The notes: a model not told the origin generated them from the letters alone. A DNA stretch of 32,000 bases from Trichodesmium erythraeum IMS101 (GCF_000014265.1 NC_008312.1:2910001-2942000), one strand, 5' to 3'; numbered from the stretch's first letter, positions 1-9,048 are shown. Numbers and translations are program-made.

Positions 1-3000
1 TATAAAGATATAGATCGGCATTCTTGTTCAACCCCGTCAAATCAATTTGAACCTGGCTACCGCTACCCTCTACCTGAAACTTATAGAAATCATTCAGGTC
101 ATCTACAAACCCGTGGGGGTTACCCACATATTCAGTTTTTGCTATGGGAGTAGCACTGACCGCACCAATATTCAGGGCAGTATTGCGGTTCCAGCCCGTA
201 ATTTGCGGCACTGGATATTCTAGTGGCAATGCTGACATTTCCAAGTCATAGTTGGTGTTGCCTCCGTCATCCTTCCAAACTAAACCATAATAAGTACCAG
301 GTAATAATTTTATATCAATTGCTTCCTCTTTATTCTCCGACTCCTCAGACTTTTGTAGCAAATCTCCATCGCTGTCGTACAAGTAGAGGTTGGCATTAGC
401 GCTCAAACCCTTGAGATTTAAATTGAGACGACTTCTGTCATCAAGTTCTATCTTGTAGTAGTCGTGGGTATCTTCCGAGACGCCATAGAAATCACCCACC
501 CAGTCTGAGAACTTCTGAGTTTTATTACCAAGGACACCAACTTTTCGCCCTTTATTTAGTTTGTTGCCCGCATTGTCCTGGGGTACAGGACTCAGGGAGA
601 CTTTTTCTTTGCTAACATTGTTAGTCTCGTTGACTTCCCTCAATACATCTTGGTCGTCAGCGATCGCCCCAATAAAATATTTCTTAACTCCACTGACGCT
701 GGCCACTGGTAAAGTCAACTGCTTGTTGATGGTAGTACTCTTCTTACCCCCCAAAGATGTGACCATCTTAGAACCGAGTAACTCATCACTGGTAGTAATT
801 TCATTATCCTCTGACACATAAAATCCCACCCGGAAATCATCAAGCTTACCACCAGCATTATTCAAAGTGACTTTGGCATTAAACTTTTGTCCGGGGTTAA
901 CAGTTTTTTCCTGCACATCAAAACCGCTAACAATCAAATCGCTGGAAAGATCAACACCCACTCTCTGACTGCCGGTATTATTCAGTTCGTTATTTTCGAC
1001 AATAGCGTCCTGAACATCCACCATCATACCCAGATAGTAGTCTCCAGAGCCCTGCCAGAAATTGTCCCCGGACTCTGGCAGAGTCAATTGCTTCGCCAAC
1101 TTCTTGGTATTCTTATCACCGGAAAGAGACTTAACCTTGGCAGTCCCCAAGAGGAAATCTCCCTTGTCTATACCCTCATCTTTGGACAAATAAAATCCAA
1201 CCTCAAAAGCATCTGCCTTAGTATTACCGATGTTATTAACCTGGTAATTAACCTTAAGTCTCTCCCCGGCTTTTAATCCATCTTGCACATCCAGGGCTTC
1301 AAACTTCAAACTAGACAAATCTACAGTTTTCTGTGTTACCCCCAGAGTTAATTCGTAATCAGTTTTAGCTCCAGAAACCGGGAAAATTGCCGCATAATAA
1401 GTCCCTGCTTCTAACTTTTTCTTAATATTTTCAGCTTTGAGACCTTTGGCAGTAGATTCATCAAGGGTGTTCTTATTATCCAGCAATAACAAATTTGCAT
1501 CTCCATCCAGGCCATCCAAAGACAAATTAACATCACTGGTTTCAGTCAGTTTAAAACTGTAGAAATCTGCTTGGTCTATAAGGCTACCTTCTTTGAACCC
1601 TACCCTATTGTTTTGTGTCACCTGGTCTTGCAAATTAAGAGTCCCTAATTGCTGGGCATTCTGACGATTATTAAAATCATCCTTCTGAAGATTAGTTGTT
1701 ACTTCTAAATTGTAATTAGTCTTAACCTTTCCCCCATTTGGTTTCACACCAATATAATAATTTCCTGGCTGCAAAATCTCGTTGATAATTTCATTTCTCT
1801 TACCTTTATTGTTAGAAACTTCTATTTCTCCCCCATCATTTCCTACCAAGAATAAATTAGCATCACCGGTTAAACCATCTAGAGTAATATTAACCCCCCT
1901 TTGTTCTGCTAAACTGAAATTATAGAAATCCCCAACATCCCGGATATTTTGGGAAGATTCAAAACCAATTTCGTCCTTTTTAACAATCTTTTGATTTCCC
2001 AATTCTCCCAAATTCGTCCCCGGCAAAGCATCATCTTTTTCTCCTATTTGCGTATTGCCAGTTACGCTCAATTTATATTTGCTACTGCTACCACCCTTAG
2101 ATTTTACCTTAATGTAGTAGATACCTTTATCCAAGATACTGCTAATTTCTTCTGGTTTTTTGCCCTTTTCTTTTGAACTATAAATCAGAGTAGTTCCATC
2201 TTTGTCGTATAATTCTAAATCCGCATTTTGACTCAACCTGTCTAAAGTAATAGTTAAGTCTGTTTCCTTTGTTAACTCAATTCTCCAGAAGTCACTCGTA
2301 TCTAAAAAACCTTTTTTCTTTAAACCAATATCGTCAATTCGAGAAATAGTTTTTCCCTTTAATTTACCCAGATTTTTCCCCGGTAATTTAGCATCGGGGT
2401 CTTGAATTTTACTATCCCCATCTATAGATAAGGTATATTCTGAGCGATCGCTACCCATTGGCTCAACCAAGGCATAATATTTACCCTTATCTAAAATAGT
2501 GCTAATTTTTTCTACTTCTTTGCCCTTATTAGTAGAACTGTAAAGCAAATTTCCTTTACTGCCCAACAACTTCAAATCTACATTTTGGTTGAGACCATCC
2601 AGGGAAAAATTTACCTCACTATCCCTATTCAAATTAAATTGATAATAATCTTTTTGGTCTCGCTTTCCACCTACCTCAAAACCTATTTCGTCTCGTTTTT
2701 TTATCGGTTTATTACCAAGAGTTCCCAAATTCTCTGCCCGTGTTCGAGTACCATCTGGGTCGTCAATTTTATCCCCATCCAAACTTAGCCGATATTTAGT
2801 CCTAGCATTTCCGGTTGGAGTAACTTTCAGGTAATAAGTACCCCCTTCTAAAATTTGGTCAATTATTTCTTTCTTCTTGCCCTTGCTTCTTGACTGGTCG
2901 ATAATTGTTTTGCCATCTTCATCTAAAAGTTGGATATTAGCATCGTCCTTGAGACCATCCAAAACAATATTTAGATTATTTAACTTTTCGGTTAAGGTAA

Positions 3001-3829
3001 ATTTATAGAAGTCCCTATTATCCCGAGTGCCTTTTTCCTTAAAACCTATCTCGTCCGTAATTACTTTTTTCTTCTTACCTAATGGCCCTAAATTAGTGGC
3101 TCCAGGTGATTTGCTATCGGGGTCTTGGAGTATTTCTTCCGCACTAATACTGAGCTCATATTTAGTTTTCGCGTTCCCTTTGGGGTAAACCCGCAAGAAA
3201 TAAGTACCTTGAGCTAATTCTTGCTCAATGGTTTCTGGTTTCTTACCTTTTTGTGTGGAGTTAAATAAAACAGACTTACCATTTTTATTCCGTAATTCTA
3301 GGTTAGCGTTATCTTTCAGGCCATCTACTACTATGCTGACATCATTCTCTTTACCTTTTAGGTTAAATTTGTAGTAGTCATTTTTGTCTCTGGCCTTACC
3401 AGATTTCATACCTATATTATCATTGTATGTTATGACGTCGTCTCCCACCCGCCCTAAGTTTAGAGCTGTTTTCACATTATTGCCTGGGTCTTTCTTTCTA
3501 GCTTTTCTCTGCTTTATAGTATATGCATTTTTTTCTGGGGGAATATTGGCTTCCTCTGTTGTAAGACCAGTGAGAGGATCTTTACCATCAATGTCCTCTG
3601 GTGTTGAAGCAACAGTTGTTAGGTCTAGCTGAGACGAATTGATGATTTTACTGGGCACTATAATTTGTGGCAGTTGGTTGTCTACCTCGTCCATAGGTAC
3701 TTGTTCCAGCACATCAGGTTCCTGCACAGAATAAACTGGGAACATCATATTAACAGACTGATGTTTTGATTCTAATTCAAATCCTAGTATGTTTTGTGAT
3801 GGTTCTAATCCTATTACTTCTTCTCTCAT
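1..3829 (-). CDS. Large multi-repeat secreted/surface protein, N-terminal ~1276 aa (C-terminus runs off the left window edge): six PPC (bacterial pre-peptidase C-terminal-like) repeats, two CARDB-like modules, then at least two more PPC repeats
   Basis: Absent from the supplied ORF track because no stop lies in the window. Hand translation of the minus strand starts at ATG 3829-3827, with an in-frame stop upstream at 3850-3848. The frame was checked at both ends: MREEVIGLEPSQNILGFELE at the start and SQVQIDLTGLNKNADLYLY at 58-2. No minus-strand ORF fragments are listed here, consistent with one open frame. A ~116-aa unit (~350 bp) recurs with the signature D-x-x-D-[YF]-Y-x-F-x-L ... LDGL-x-x-[DN]-A-[DN]-L-x-L ... 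G-x-x-x-E-I ... L-x-x-G-T-Y-Y-x-x-V, approx 3490-1330 and 560-1. Two modules at approx 1320-590 (VNYQVNNIGNTKADAFEVGFYLSKDEGIDKGDFLLG and KVTLNNAGGKLDDFRVGFYVSEDNEITTSDELLG) look like CARDB. No hydrophobic signal peptide in the first 100 aa. Confidence 0.85.
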   Translation of the reverse strand, partial: MREEVIGLEPSQNILGFELESKHQSVNMMFPVYSVQEPDVLEQVPMDEVDNQLPQIIVPSKIINSSQLDLTTVASTPEDIDGKDPLTGLTTEEANIPPEKNAYTIKQRKARKKDPGNNVKTALNLGRVGDDVITYNDNIGMKSGKARDKNDYYKFNLKGKENDVSIVVDGLKDNANLELRNKNGKSVLFNSTQKGKKPETIEQELAQGTYFLRVYPKGNAKTKYELSISAEEILQDPDSKSPGATNLGPLGKKKKVITDEIGFKEKGTRDNRDFYKFTLTEKLNNLNIVLDGLKDDANIQLLDEDGKTIIDQSRSKGKKKEIIDQILEGGTYYLKVTPTGNARTKYRLSLDGDKIDDPDGTRTRAENLGTLGNKPIKKRDEIGFEVGGKRDQKDYYQFNLNRDSEVNFSLDGLNQNVDLKLLGSKGNLLYSSTNKGKEVEKISTILDKGKYYALVEPMGSDRSEYTLSIDGDSKIQDPDAKLPGKNLGKLKGKTISRIDDIGLKKKGFLDTSDFWRIELTKETDLTITLDRLSQNADLELYDKDGTTLIYSSKEKGKKPEEISSILDKGIYYIKVKSKGGSSSKYKLSVTGNTQIGEKDDALPGTNLGELGNQKIVKKDEIGFESSQNIRDVGDFYNFSLAEQRGVNITLDGLTGDANLFLVGNDGGEIEVSNNKGKRNEIINEILQPGNYYIGVKPNGGKVKTNYNLEVTTNLQKDDFNNRQNAQQLGTLNLQDQVTQNNRVGFKEGSLIDQADFYSFKLTETSDVNLSLDGLDGDANLLLLDNKNTLDESTAKGLKAENIKKKLEAGTYYAAIFPVSGAKTDYELTLGVTQKTVDLSSLKFEALDVQDGLKAGERLKVNYQVNNIGNTKADAFEVGFYLSKDEGIDKGDFLLGTAKVKSLSGDKNTKKLAKQLTLPESGDNFWQGSGDYYLGMMVDVQDAIVENNELNNTGSQRVGVDLSSDLIVSGFDVQEKTVNPGQKFNAKVTLNNAGGKLDDFRVGFYVSEDNEITTSDELLGSKMVTSLGGKKSTTINKQLTLPVASVSGVKKYFIGAIADDQDVLREVNETNNVSKEKVSLSPVPQDNAGNKLNKGRKVGVLGNKTQKFSDWVGDFYGVSEDTHDYYKIELDDRSRLNLNLKGLSANANLYLYDSDGDLLQKSEESENKEEAIDIKLLPGTYYGLVWKDDGGNTNYDLEMSALPLEYPVPQITGWNRNTALNIGAVSATPIAKTEYVGNPHGFVDDLNDFYKFQVEGSGSQVQIDLTGLNKNADLYLY

Positions 3830-4020
3830 AAGAATTATATGATTTATCTATGCATATATATAGTACCACAGACAGCTCAAAAGTAAGCCTACTCTACCCC
3901 CCAACTAAGGAGATTAAAAATAATCCCTAAATTACGTTTTTTCATTTGTCGTCATCCTAATTATAATTTATGTTGCTATATTATGTTATTTAGATATTTT
4001 TTAATACTAACACTTAATTT

Positions 4021-4566
4021 AATAGCGATCGCTCCACAGAAAAAAAAATTAATTATTTGTTTGTTTCTGTTAGGTTTTTCTAAAAAAATATTGACTAATT
4101 ATCTCAAAAATGATATTTATCTATAATTTTCAAATTATTTCTAGCAACAAGAACAGATATAGCACTACACATTTAGAAAGTGAGTAAAAACACGTAAGTA
4201 ATAGGAAGAATAGCGATCGCTCCACAGAAAAAAATTAATTATTTGTTTATTGTTGTTAGGTTTTCTTCAAAAAATATTGACTAATTATCTCAAAAATAAT
4301 GTATAAAAAATGATAGTCATATATAATATCAAATTTTTATAGCAACAAGAACAGATATAGCACTACACATTTAGAAAGTAAGTAAAAACACGTAAGTAAT
4401 AGGAAGAATAGCGATCACTACACAGAAAAATAACAGAAAAATAAATGATTTCTTTATGTTAGGTTTTCCTTGAAAACTATTGACTAATTAGCTTAAAAAT
4501 GATACTCGTATATAATATCAAATTATTTATAGTAGCAACAACAGATATAACACTACATATTTAGGG
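4021..4566. repeat. Tandem direct repeat, 3 units of ~188/198/160 bp (unit starts 4021, 4209, 4407)
   Basis: Each unit opens with AATAGCGATCGCTCCACAG (a HIP1 core, degenerate in unit 3). Each carries TATTGACTAATTATCTCAAAAATGA ... TATAAT and the block AGCAACAAGAACAGATATAGCACTACACATTTAGAAAGTGAGTAAAAACACGTAAGTAATAGGAAG. Units 1 and 2 are nearly identical apart from small indels; unit 3 is more diverged. Lies between the start of the PPC gene and the end of the PPC pseudogene. Confidence 0.9.
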
Positions 4567-4740
4567 CGTAGATATTGGTAAATCATGTTTACTAAAAATT
4601 TTCCCTCTGAAAAACTCATTCAGATATTACTTCCCCCACTAGGGGTGCTCATTTCAGTTATCAGTTATCAAGACTTCTGAAACTAGCATCATGTATTCAA
4701 AAAAAACAAGTAAAAAAATAACCCTAGAAAAGCGAGGCTT

Positions 4741-5225
4741 TTAACGATATGGTCGATGCTGCAAAATCATAATTCACACCAATATCGGCGGATTTAATAT
4801 GAATGAAGTAAGTTCCAGGTTCGTTCATTACAACTAATTTTTTCATTGGCATTACCTCTAGCAAAAGATCCATCTATATATAACTCACTATCCTTGTAAA
4901 AGTTCAAATTATCATTGCCATTCATATTGTCAAACTGAGGTCAACTGTACTTTTAGTTGGTAACATAAACCTGTAAAAATCGTCTTCGTCAAAACTACCT
5001 ACCCACTCAGTCTGATTAAAGTTTGTTAAATTATCAATATCTTTAGCAGCTTTGAAATCATTGCCTGTACTTTCAACTAGTGAAGTTGCAGAGAGTTGTA
5101 AGTCATAGTAGGTATTGCCAGGAGCACCATTAACTATGGCAAAATAAGTTTCGGGTTCTAACTTGGTATTGATTACTTTATCAGTATTATCCGAATTTTT
5201 AGATAAACCTTTAGAAGATATCTGT
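4741..5225 (-). pseudogene. Decayed fragment of a PPC-repeat protein paralog (5'-truncated, at least 2 frameshifts and in-frame stops)
   Basis: Minus-strand translation gives QISSKGLSKNSDNTDKVINTKLEPETYFAIVNGAPGNTYYDLQLSATSLVESTGNDFKAAKDIDNLTNFNQTEWVGSFDEDDFYRFMLPTKSTVDLSL. The PPC pattern then continues only after frame changes (DNMNGNDNLNFYKDSELYIDGSFARGNANEKIS, then VVMNEPGTYFIHIKSADIGVNYDFAASTISL), ending at stop 4741-4743. The upstream end abuts the IS remnant. Confidence 0.6.
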
Positions 5226-5235
5226 AAATAAAACC

Positions 5236-6027
5236 TTAAGCGACAAGACGATTTAACATCAGTGAAATCATGGCTATATAAATAACGTATTCACTTACTT
5301 CCGGTAAACCCTCCTAATCTTTACTGAGTCGTTTGTGGGGTCAAAGCCTACCTAAATTTCTCTCCACCACCCAACCTCAAGGTTCAACCTCAAATTTTTT
5401 TTGAGAACCTTCAAGCACCTCCTGGTGAAGCTCCCATCCATTCGTGACTTGCTGTAACCCCTGGCTTTTATAGCCTCATTCAGCCCAAAGCTTTTGTAGG
5501 CTTGGAACTGACAGGCTATATTCTGCTAGCAACATCTTCCCAGGTGTGACATCTGATATATTAGCAACATGAACTAGCACCACTAATACCAACCCCAATG
5601 TTTATACTAGGATATAGCGTTTCCGACCTTTGACTTTTTTGCCTCCATCAAAGCCCCGCTCTGGTTCTCCTATCTCCGTTGTTTTCACTGATAGCCTATC
5701 AATTATTGCCCTTGTTGGTTCTGGGTTTCGTCCCTATTGTTGGCGGACATGAGTTCATAGGCTAGGGTGAATCAGTTGCCAGACTCCAAGAGTTCTGCCA
5801 TTTTCGGCAAATCACCATACGCAGTCAAAGCCGGTGGGAAATCATGGGGTAAAAGTTCCCAGGTACAACCACTACGACGACTCTAGAGAATACTATTAAC
5901 AACTGCTGGTAACTCCACGGTTTGTTTCCTTCCTCTAGATGTTTCATATTTAGCGACAGGTAGCATGGGATCTATCATTTCCTAAGAGCGATACCTTAAG
6001 TCTGTGGAATAGTTCAGAGCGAGTCAT
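5236..6027 (-). mobile_element. Degraded IS5-family (DDE) transposase gene, i.e. an IS remnant
   Basis: Minus-strand reading from ATG (6027-6025) gives MTRSELFHRLKVS. It continues, through several stops and frameshifts, with IIDRLSVKTTEIGEPERGFDGGKKVKGRKRYIL, LGLVLVVLVHVANISD, WVVERNLGRL, RLSKD and YVIYIAMISLMLNRLVA, then a stop at 5236-5238. This matches the remembered conserved blocks of IS5-family transposases (IIDSQSVKT..RGYDGGKKVKGRKRHILVDT..VVH.AN..D ... RWVVERTF.WL...RRLSKDYE....S...I.LA.I.LMLRRL). The length (~264 codons) is typical. Confidence 0.75.
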
Positions 6028-6225
6028 ATTCTCAATGTTTCACCTCTAGTTGACTAGTTCCATTTTTTCTGTTTTACTTCCCCATGGTTTTATTTTAATC
6101 TTTTTTTTAAAGATACCCTCCTACTCTACAAGGTTTTCAGGATTTTAGTTTAAATAGCACTATAAGTTTTGAATGATAATGGTTATAGTCATTTTTTTCT
6201 GAATTCCCAACAACTCTATTATATA

Positions 6226-6253
6226 ACTTCTGACTTCTGAGTTCTAACTTCAG
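6226..6253. repeat. STRR-type heptamer run (ACTTCTG x2 perfect plus 2 degenerate) just 3' of glgX
   Basis: Direct reading: acttctg acttctg agttcta acttcag. Confidence 0.6.
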
Positions 6254-6259
6254 GACTGC

Positions 6260-8395
6260 CTAATCTCTTTTTGTCATTAAAATAACAGCAGCCCGGGGCT
6301 CTAAGCGGTATCTAACACCAATAACTTTTGTTGCCACATCAAGGTTATTAAAATCTTTAGGAGAAGTAAAAGCAGTATTAACAATTAAATACCAATTTTC
6401 CCCCCTTTCCAAAGGTGGCAATTCAAACATTAAAGGTTTCCAATAAGCATTCAACATAATGTGAAAATATTCACCACTTTCTGGATGTTTTAAACTAAAA
6501 GCTAGAGTCCTGGAACCTACATTCCAATCAGGTATACCTAAATGTATTCCATGCCAACTAATATTAGGTACTTTATTCAAGTTAGTTTTCTCTTTAGTGC
6601 TAACCAAAGATGATTCGGGTATCGCTCCTACAGTAGCTAAAACCTTATCTAACTGTGTAATTTGTAATTCTTGAGTGAAATGAATAATCTTTTTGACAAA
6701 TCGTAATAAATCATTTTGTTGATCAATTTGACTCCAGTCAAACCAACTACTTTTATTATTCTGACAATAACTATTGTTGTTACCTAATTGAGTTCGCCTG
6801 ACTTCATCTCCCATCAAAATCATAGGTGTACCTTGAGAAAAAAACAGTATAGTAAAAAAGTTCTTAATTTGTCGCAGTCTTAACATTTCAATTTCTTCTT
6901 GATCTGTAGTTCCTTCAATTCCACAATTCCAACTAAAATTATGATTAGCACCATCGCGGTTATCTTCACAATTAGCTTCATTATGTTTCTCATTATAAGA
7001 AACCAGATCATTCATAGTAAAACCATCATGACAAGTAATAAAGTTAATACTATGATTTGGTTCTCGATCTGGTTTAGGATAAATATCAGGACTACCCATA
7101 ATTCTTGCTGCCAATTTCTCAACTATTTGGGGATCACTTTTGACAAATTGACGAACATCGTCACGATAATGTCCGTTCCATTCAGCAAAGCGATCGCCAA
7201 TAAATGAACCCACCTGATAAAGTCCGGCTGCATCCCAAGCTTCAGCAATAATTTTTGTGCCTGCCAAAACCGGATCTGACTCAATTGCCCACAAAACAGG
7301 AGGATCTTCTAAGGGATCACCAGTCATGCTCCGAGACATAACAGATGCCAAGTCAAACCGGAACCCATCAACATGCATTTCTCTAACCCAGTAACAAAGA
7401 CAGTCAACAATTAAGCGATGTACAAAAGGATTATTTGTATTGAAGGTATTGCCACAACCGGTATAATTGCTGTAGTATCCACGATCATTCTTTTCTAGAA
7501 TGTAGTAAGTTGAGTTTTCTAACCCCCGGAAAGAAACTGTTGGTCCGTTTTCGTTACCCTCTGCAGTGTGATTAAAAACTACATCCAGAATGACTTCTAT
7601 TCCTTCTTTATGCAATGCCTTTACCATATCTCGGAACTCATCCATTGGTCCGAAAATATCTTTGCGGGAACTATAACTGTGGTGAGGTGCAAAAAAAGCG
7701 ATCTGACTATAGCCCCAATAATTGATTAGGGGTTCGCGCACATCTTGTTCATCAAATTGCTGGACTGGTAATAATTCCACTGCAGTAATTCCCAATTCTT
7801 TGAGATAGGGAATTTTTTCTATTAGCCCAGCAAAAGTACCCCGTTTTTCAGGAGCAACACCAGAATTAGGATGACGAGTAAATCCACCAACATGCATTTC
7901 ATAGATAACTGTTTTAGCATAGGGAGTTTCTAAAGGTTTGTCATCTTCCCAGTCATAGGTAGTTGGGTCAACTACCACCCCCTTGAGAGCGTAAGCACAA
8001 TTATTACCGTTACCTGTAGCAGCTTTACGACTATATTTTTCTTGTCCCACTACAATTCTAGCATAAGGGTCAAGTAAAACTTTTGTACCATCAAACCGAT
8101 GACCTTTTTCTGGGTTAAAGGGTCCATAGACTCGATAGGCATATATTTGTCCCGCTCCAATACCAGAAATAAAAATATGCCAGTAATGATGAGTTCTGTG
8201 TTGTGTTGGGTCAAGTAAAATTACTTGCTTTGGTTTAGCTGCTAATGGTTCATCAAATAGTAGTAATTCTATTGCTGTAGCATTTTTGGAATAGATAGAG
8301 AAGTTTACTCCTTTGGGGTCTTGGCAGACAGTGGCACCAATGGGAAAAGTATTACCGGGTAAGATATTAAGATTCATGATTTTTGAGTTACGCAA
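6260..8395 (-). CDS. glgX: Glycogen debranching enzyme GlgX (GH13 isoamylase-type)
   Basis: 711-aa ORF with the GH13 conserved regions VILDVVFNHTAEG, VDGFRFDLASV, IAEAWDAAG and FITCHDGFTMNDLVSY. The N-terminus GNTFPIGATV...GVNFSIYS is typical of GlgX. The track start is a TTG at 8395; the ATG at 8377 (MNLNILPGNTFPIGATV) is an equally plausible true start. Confidence 0.95.
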   Translation of the reverse strand: MRNSKIMNLNILPGNTFPIGATVCQDPKGVNFSIYSKNATAIELLLFDEPLAAKPKQVILLDPTQHRTHHYWHIFISGIGAGQIYAYRVYGPFNPEKGHRFDGTKVLLDPYARIVVGQEKYSRKAATGNGNNCAYALKGVVVDPTTYDWEDDKPLETPYAKTVIYEMHVGGFTRHPNSGVAPEKRGTFAGLIEKIPYLKELGITAVELLPVQQFDEQDVREPLINYWGYSQIAFFAPHHSYSSRKDIFGPMDEFRDMVKALHKEGIEVILDVVFNHTAEGNENGPTVSFRGLENSTYYILEKNDRGYYSNYTGCGNTFNTNNPFVHRLIVDCLCYWVREMHVDGFRFDLASVMSRSMTGDPLEDPPVLWAIESDPVLAGTKIIAEAWDAAGLYQVGSFIGDRFAEWNGHYRDDVRQFVKSDPQIVEKLAARIMGSPDIYPKPDREPNHSINFITCHDGFTMNDLVSYNEKHNEANCEDNRDGANHNFSWNCGIEGTTDQEEIEMLRLRQIKNFFTILFFSQGTPMILMGDEVRRTQLGNNNSYCQNNKSSWFDWSQIDQQNDLLRFVKKIIHFTQELQITQLDKVLATVGAIPESSLVSTKEKTNLNKVPNISWHGIHLGIPDWNVGSRTLAFSLKHPESGEYFHIMLNAYWKPLMFELPPLERGENWYLIVNTAFTSPKDFNNLDVATKVIGVRYRLEPRAAVILMTKRD

Positions 8396-8579
8396 ATTGT
8401 TAGATAAATTCAGTAATTTTATAAGATATAAGTGGATATTTTAAGATTTACCCACAGTAAATCAGGTTTCGGGAAAAATTATAGTTGTTTTTAACAATAT
8501 ATCTCTACAGAAAAAATGTTTTCTAGGTTCGCTTCTGTCAGTTCTGTATTCAAAGAAACTTAGGGAATATTAATTAATT

Positions 8580-9043
8580 ATGTATAAAAACATTTTAGTT
8601 GCTATTGATACATCTGTTATCGGCGATCGCATGTTTAATATCGCTCTACAATTAGCAAAACTTGGTCACTCAAGTCTTCTGTTAGTTCATATTCTCTCAG
8701 AAGTAGCACAAGAAAGTCCTCTCAGGTTTTGGCCAATGAATATTGGTTATGATCCACAGATCATGAAGGCAGATCATCATCATTGAGAGAAAAACTTGAG
8801 AAAGAATGTTGACAAATGTTGCAATCAAAAGTAAGTAGAGGAAAAGATACTGGTTTTCAAACAGAATTTACTTAGCTAAGAGGCAACCCTGGTCGAGAAA
8901 TTTGTCTAGCCTAAGAATGGAATACTGATTTAATTGTTATAGGATATCGTGGACATTCTATTTTGAGTGCAACTGTATTAGGCGGTGTAAGTAGCTATAT
9001 GATTCACCGTGCTCATTGTTCTGTTCATATTTTACGGGGTTAG
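8580..9043 (+). pseudogene. Universal stress protein (UspA family) gene, disrupted
   Basis: Frame 1 gives MYKNILVAIDTSVIGDRMFNIALQLAKLGHSSLLLVHILSE (the Usp N-terminal motif), then stops at 8784-8786. The Usp C-terminal half continues in another frame: TGFQTEFT*LRGNPGREICLA*EWNTDLIVIGYRGHSILSATVLGGVSSYMIHRAHCSVHILRG*. It has in-frame stops at 8873-8875 and 8912-8914 and a terminal TAG at 9041-9043. Confidence 0.75.
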
Positions 9044-9048
9044 CATTT

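Noticed and set aside
561-3632. Five plus-strand track ORFs (561-821, 887-1276, 1949-2176, 2585-2788, 3384-3632)
   Set aside because: All lie antisense to the long, repeat-structured minus-strand PPC/CARDB frame. Most start at non-ATG codons and their products are low-complexity with no motifs. They are shadow ORFs.
4091-4127. Reading TTGACT (4091-4096) and TATAAT (4122-4127) as a canonical sigma-70 -35/-10 pair
   Set aside because: The spacing is 25 nt in units 1 and 3 and 39 nt in unit 2, not 16-18 nt. In such AT-rich DNA, similar hexamers are frequent by chance on both strands.
4021-4566. Identity with the NsiR1 tandem sRNA array
   Set aside because: The heterocyst-specific DIF motif TCCGGA is absent (no CCGG at all in 4021-4566 or 28645-29650). 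The unit length and sequence do not match what I remember of NsiR1. Only the concept of a tandem array is analogous.
4585-4680. 31-codon ORF MFTKNFPSEKLIQILLPPLGVLISVISYQDF downstream of the third repeat unit
   Set aside because: It has no RBS. Its 3' part is simply the CAGTTAT heptamer run, and it resembles the sequence following the usp pseudogene (9030-9069). It is more likely a relic 3' end than a gene.
5226-6095. 10-nt inverted repeat (AAATAAAACC / GGTTTTATTT) as definitive IS termini
   Set aside because: It is short and AT-rich, so it could arise by chance. No target-site duplication was identified. I kept it only as a tentative note.
6899-7207. Plus-strand 102-aa ORF inside glgX
   Set aside because: It is antisense to a strongly supported GH13 gene, starts at TTG, and has an I/F/N-rich composition that reflects the AT-rich antisense strand.
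8580-8786. Treating the 68-aa track ORF as an intact small usp gene
   Set aside because: It covers only the N-terminal third of a Usp domain. The remaining Usp blocks follow in another frame with two in-frame stops, so the locus is better called a pseudogene.
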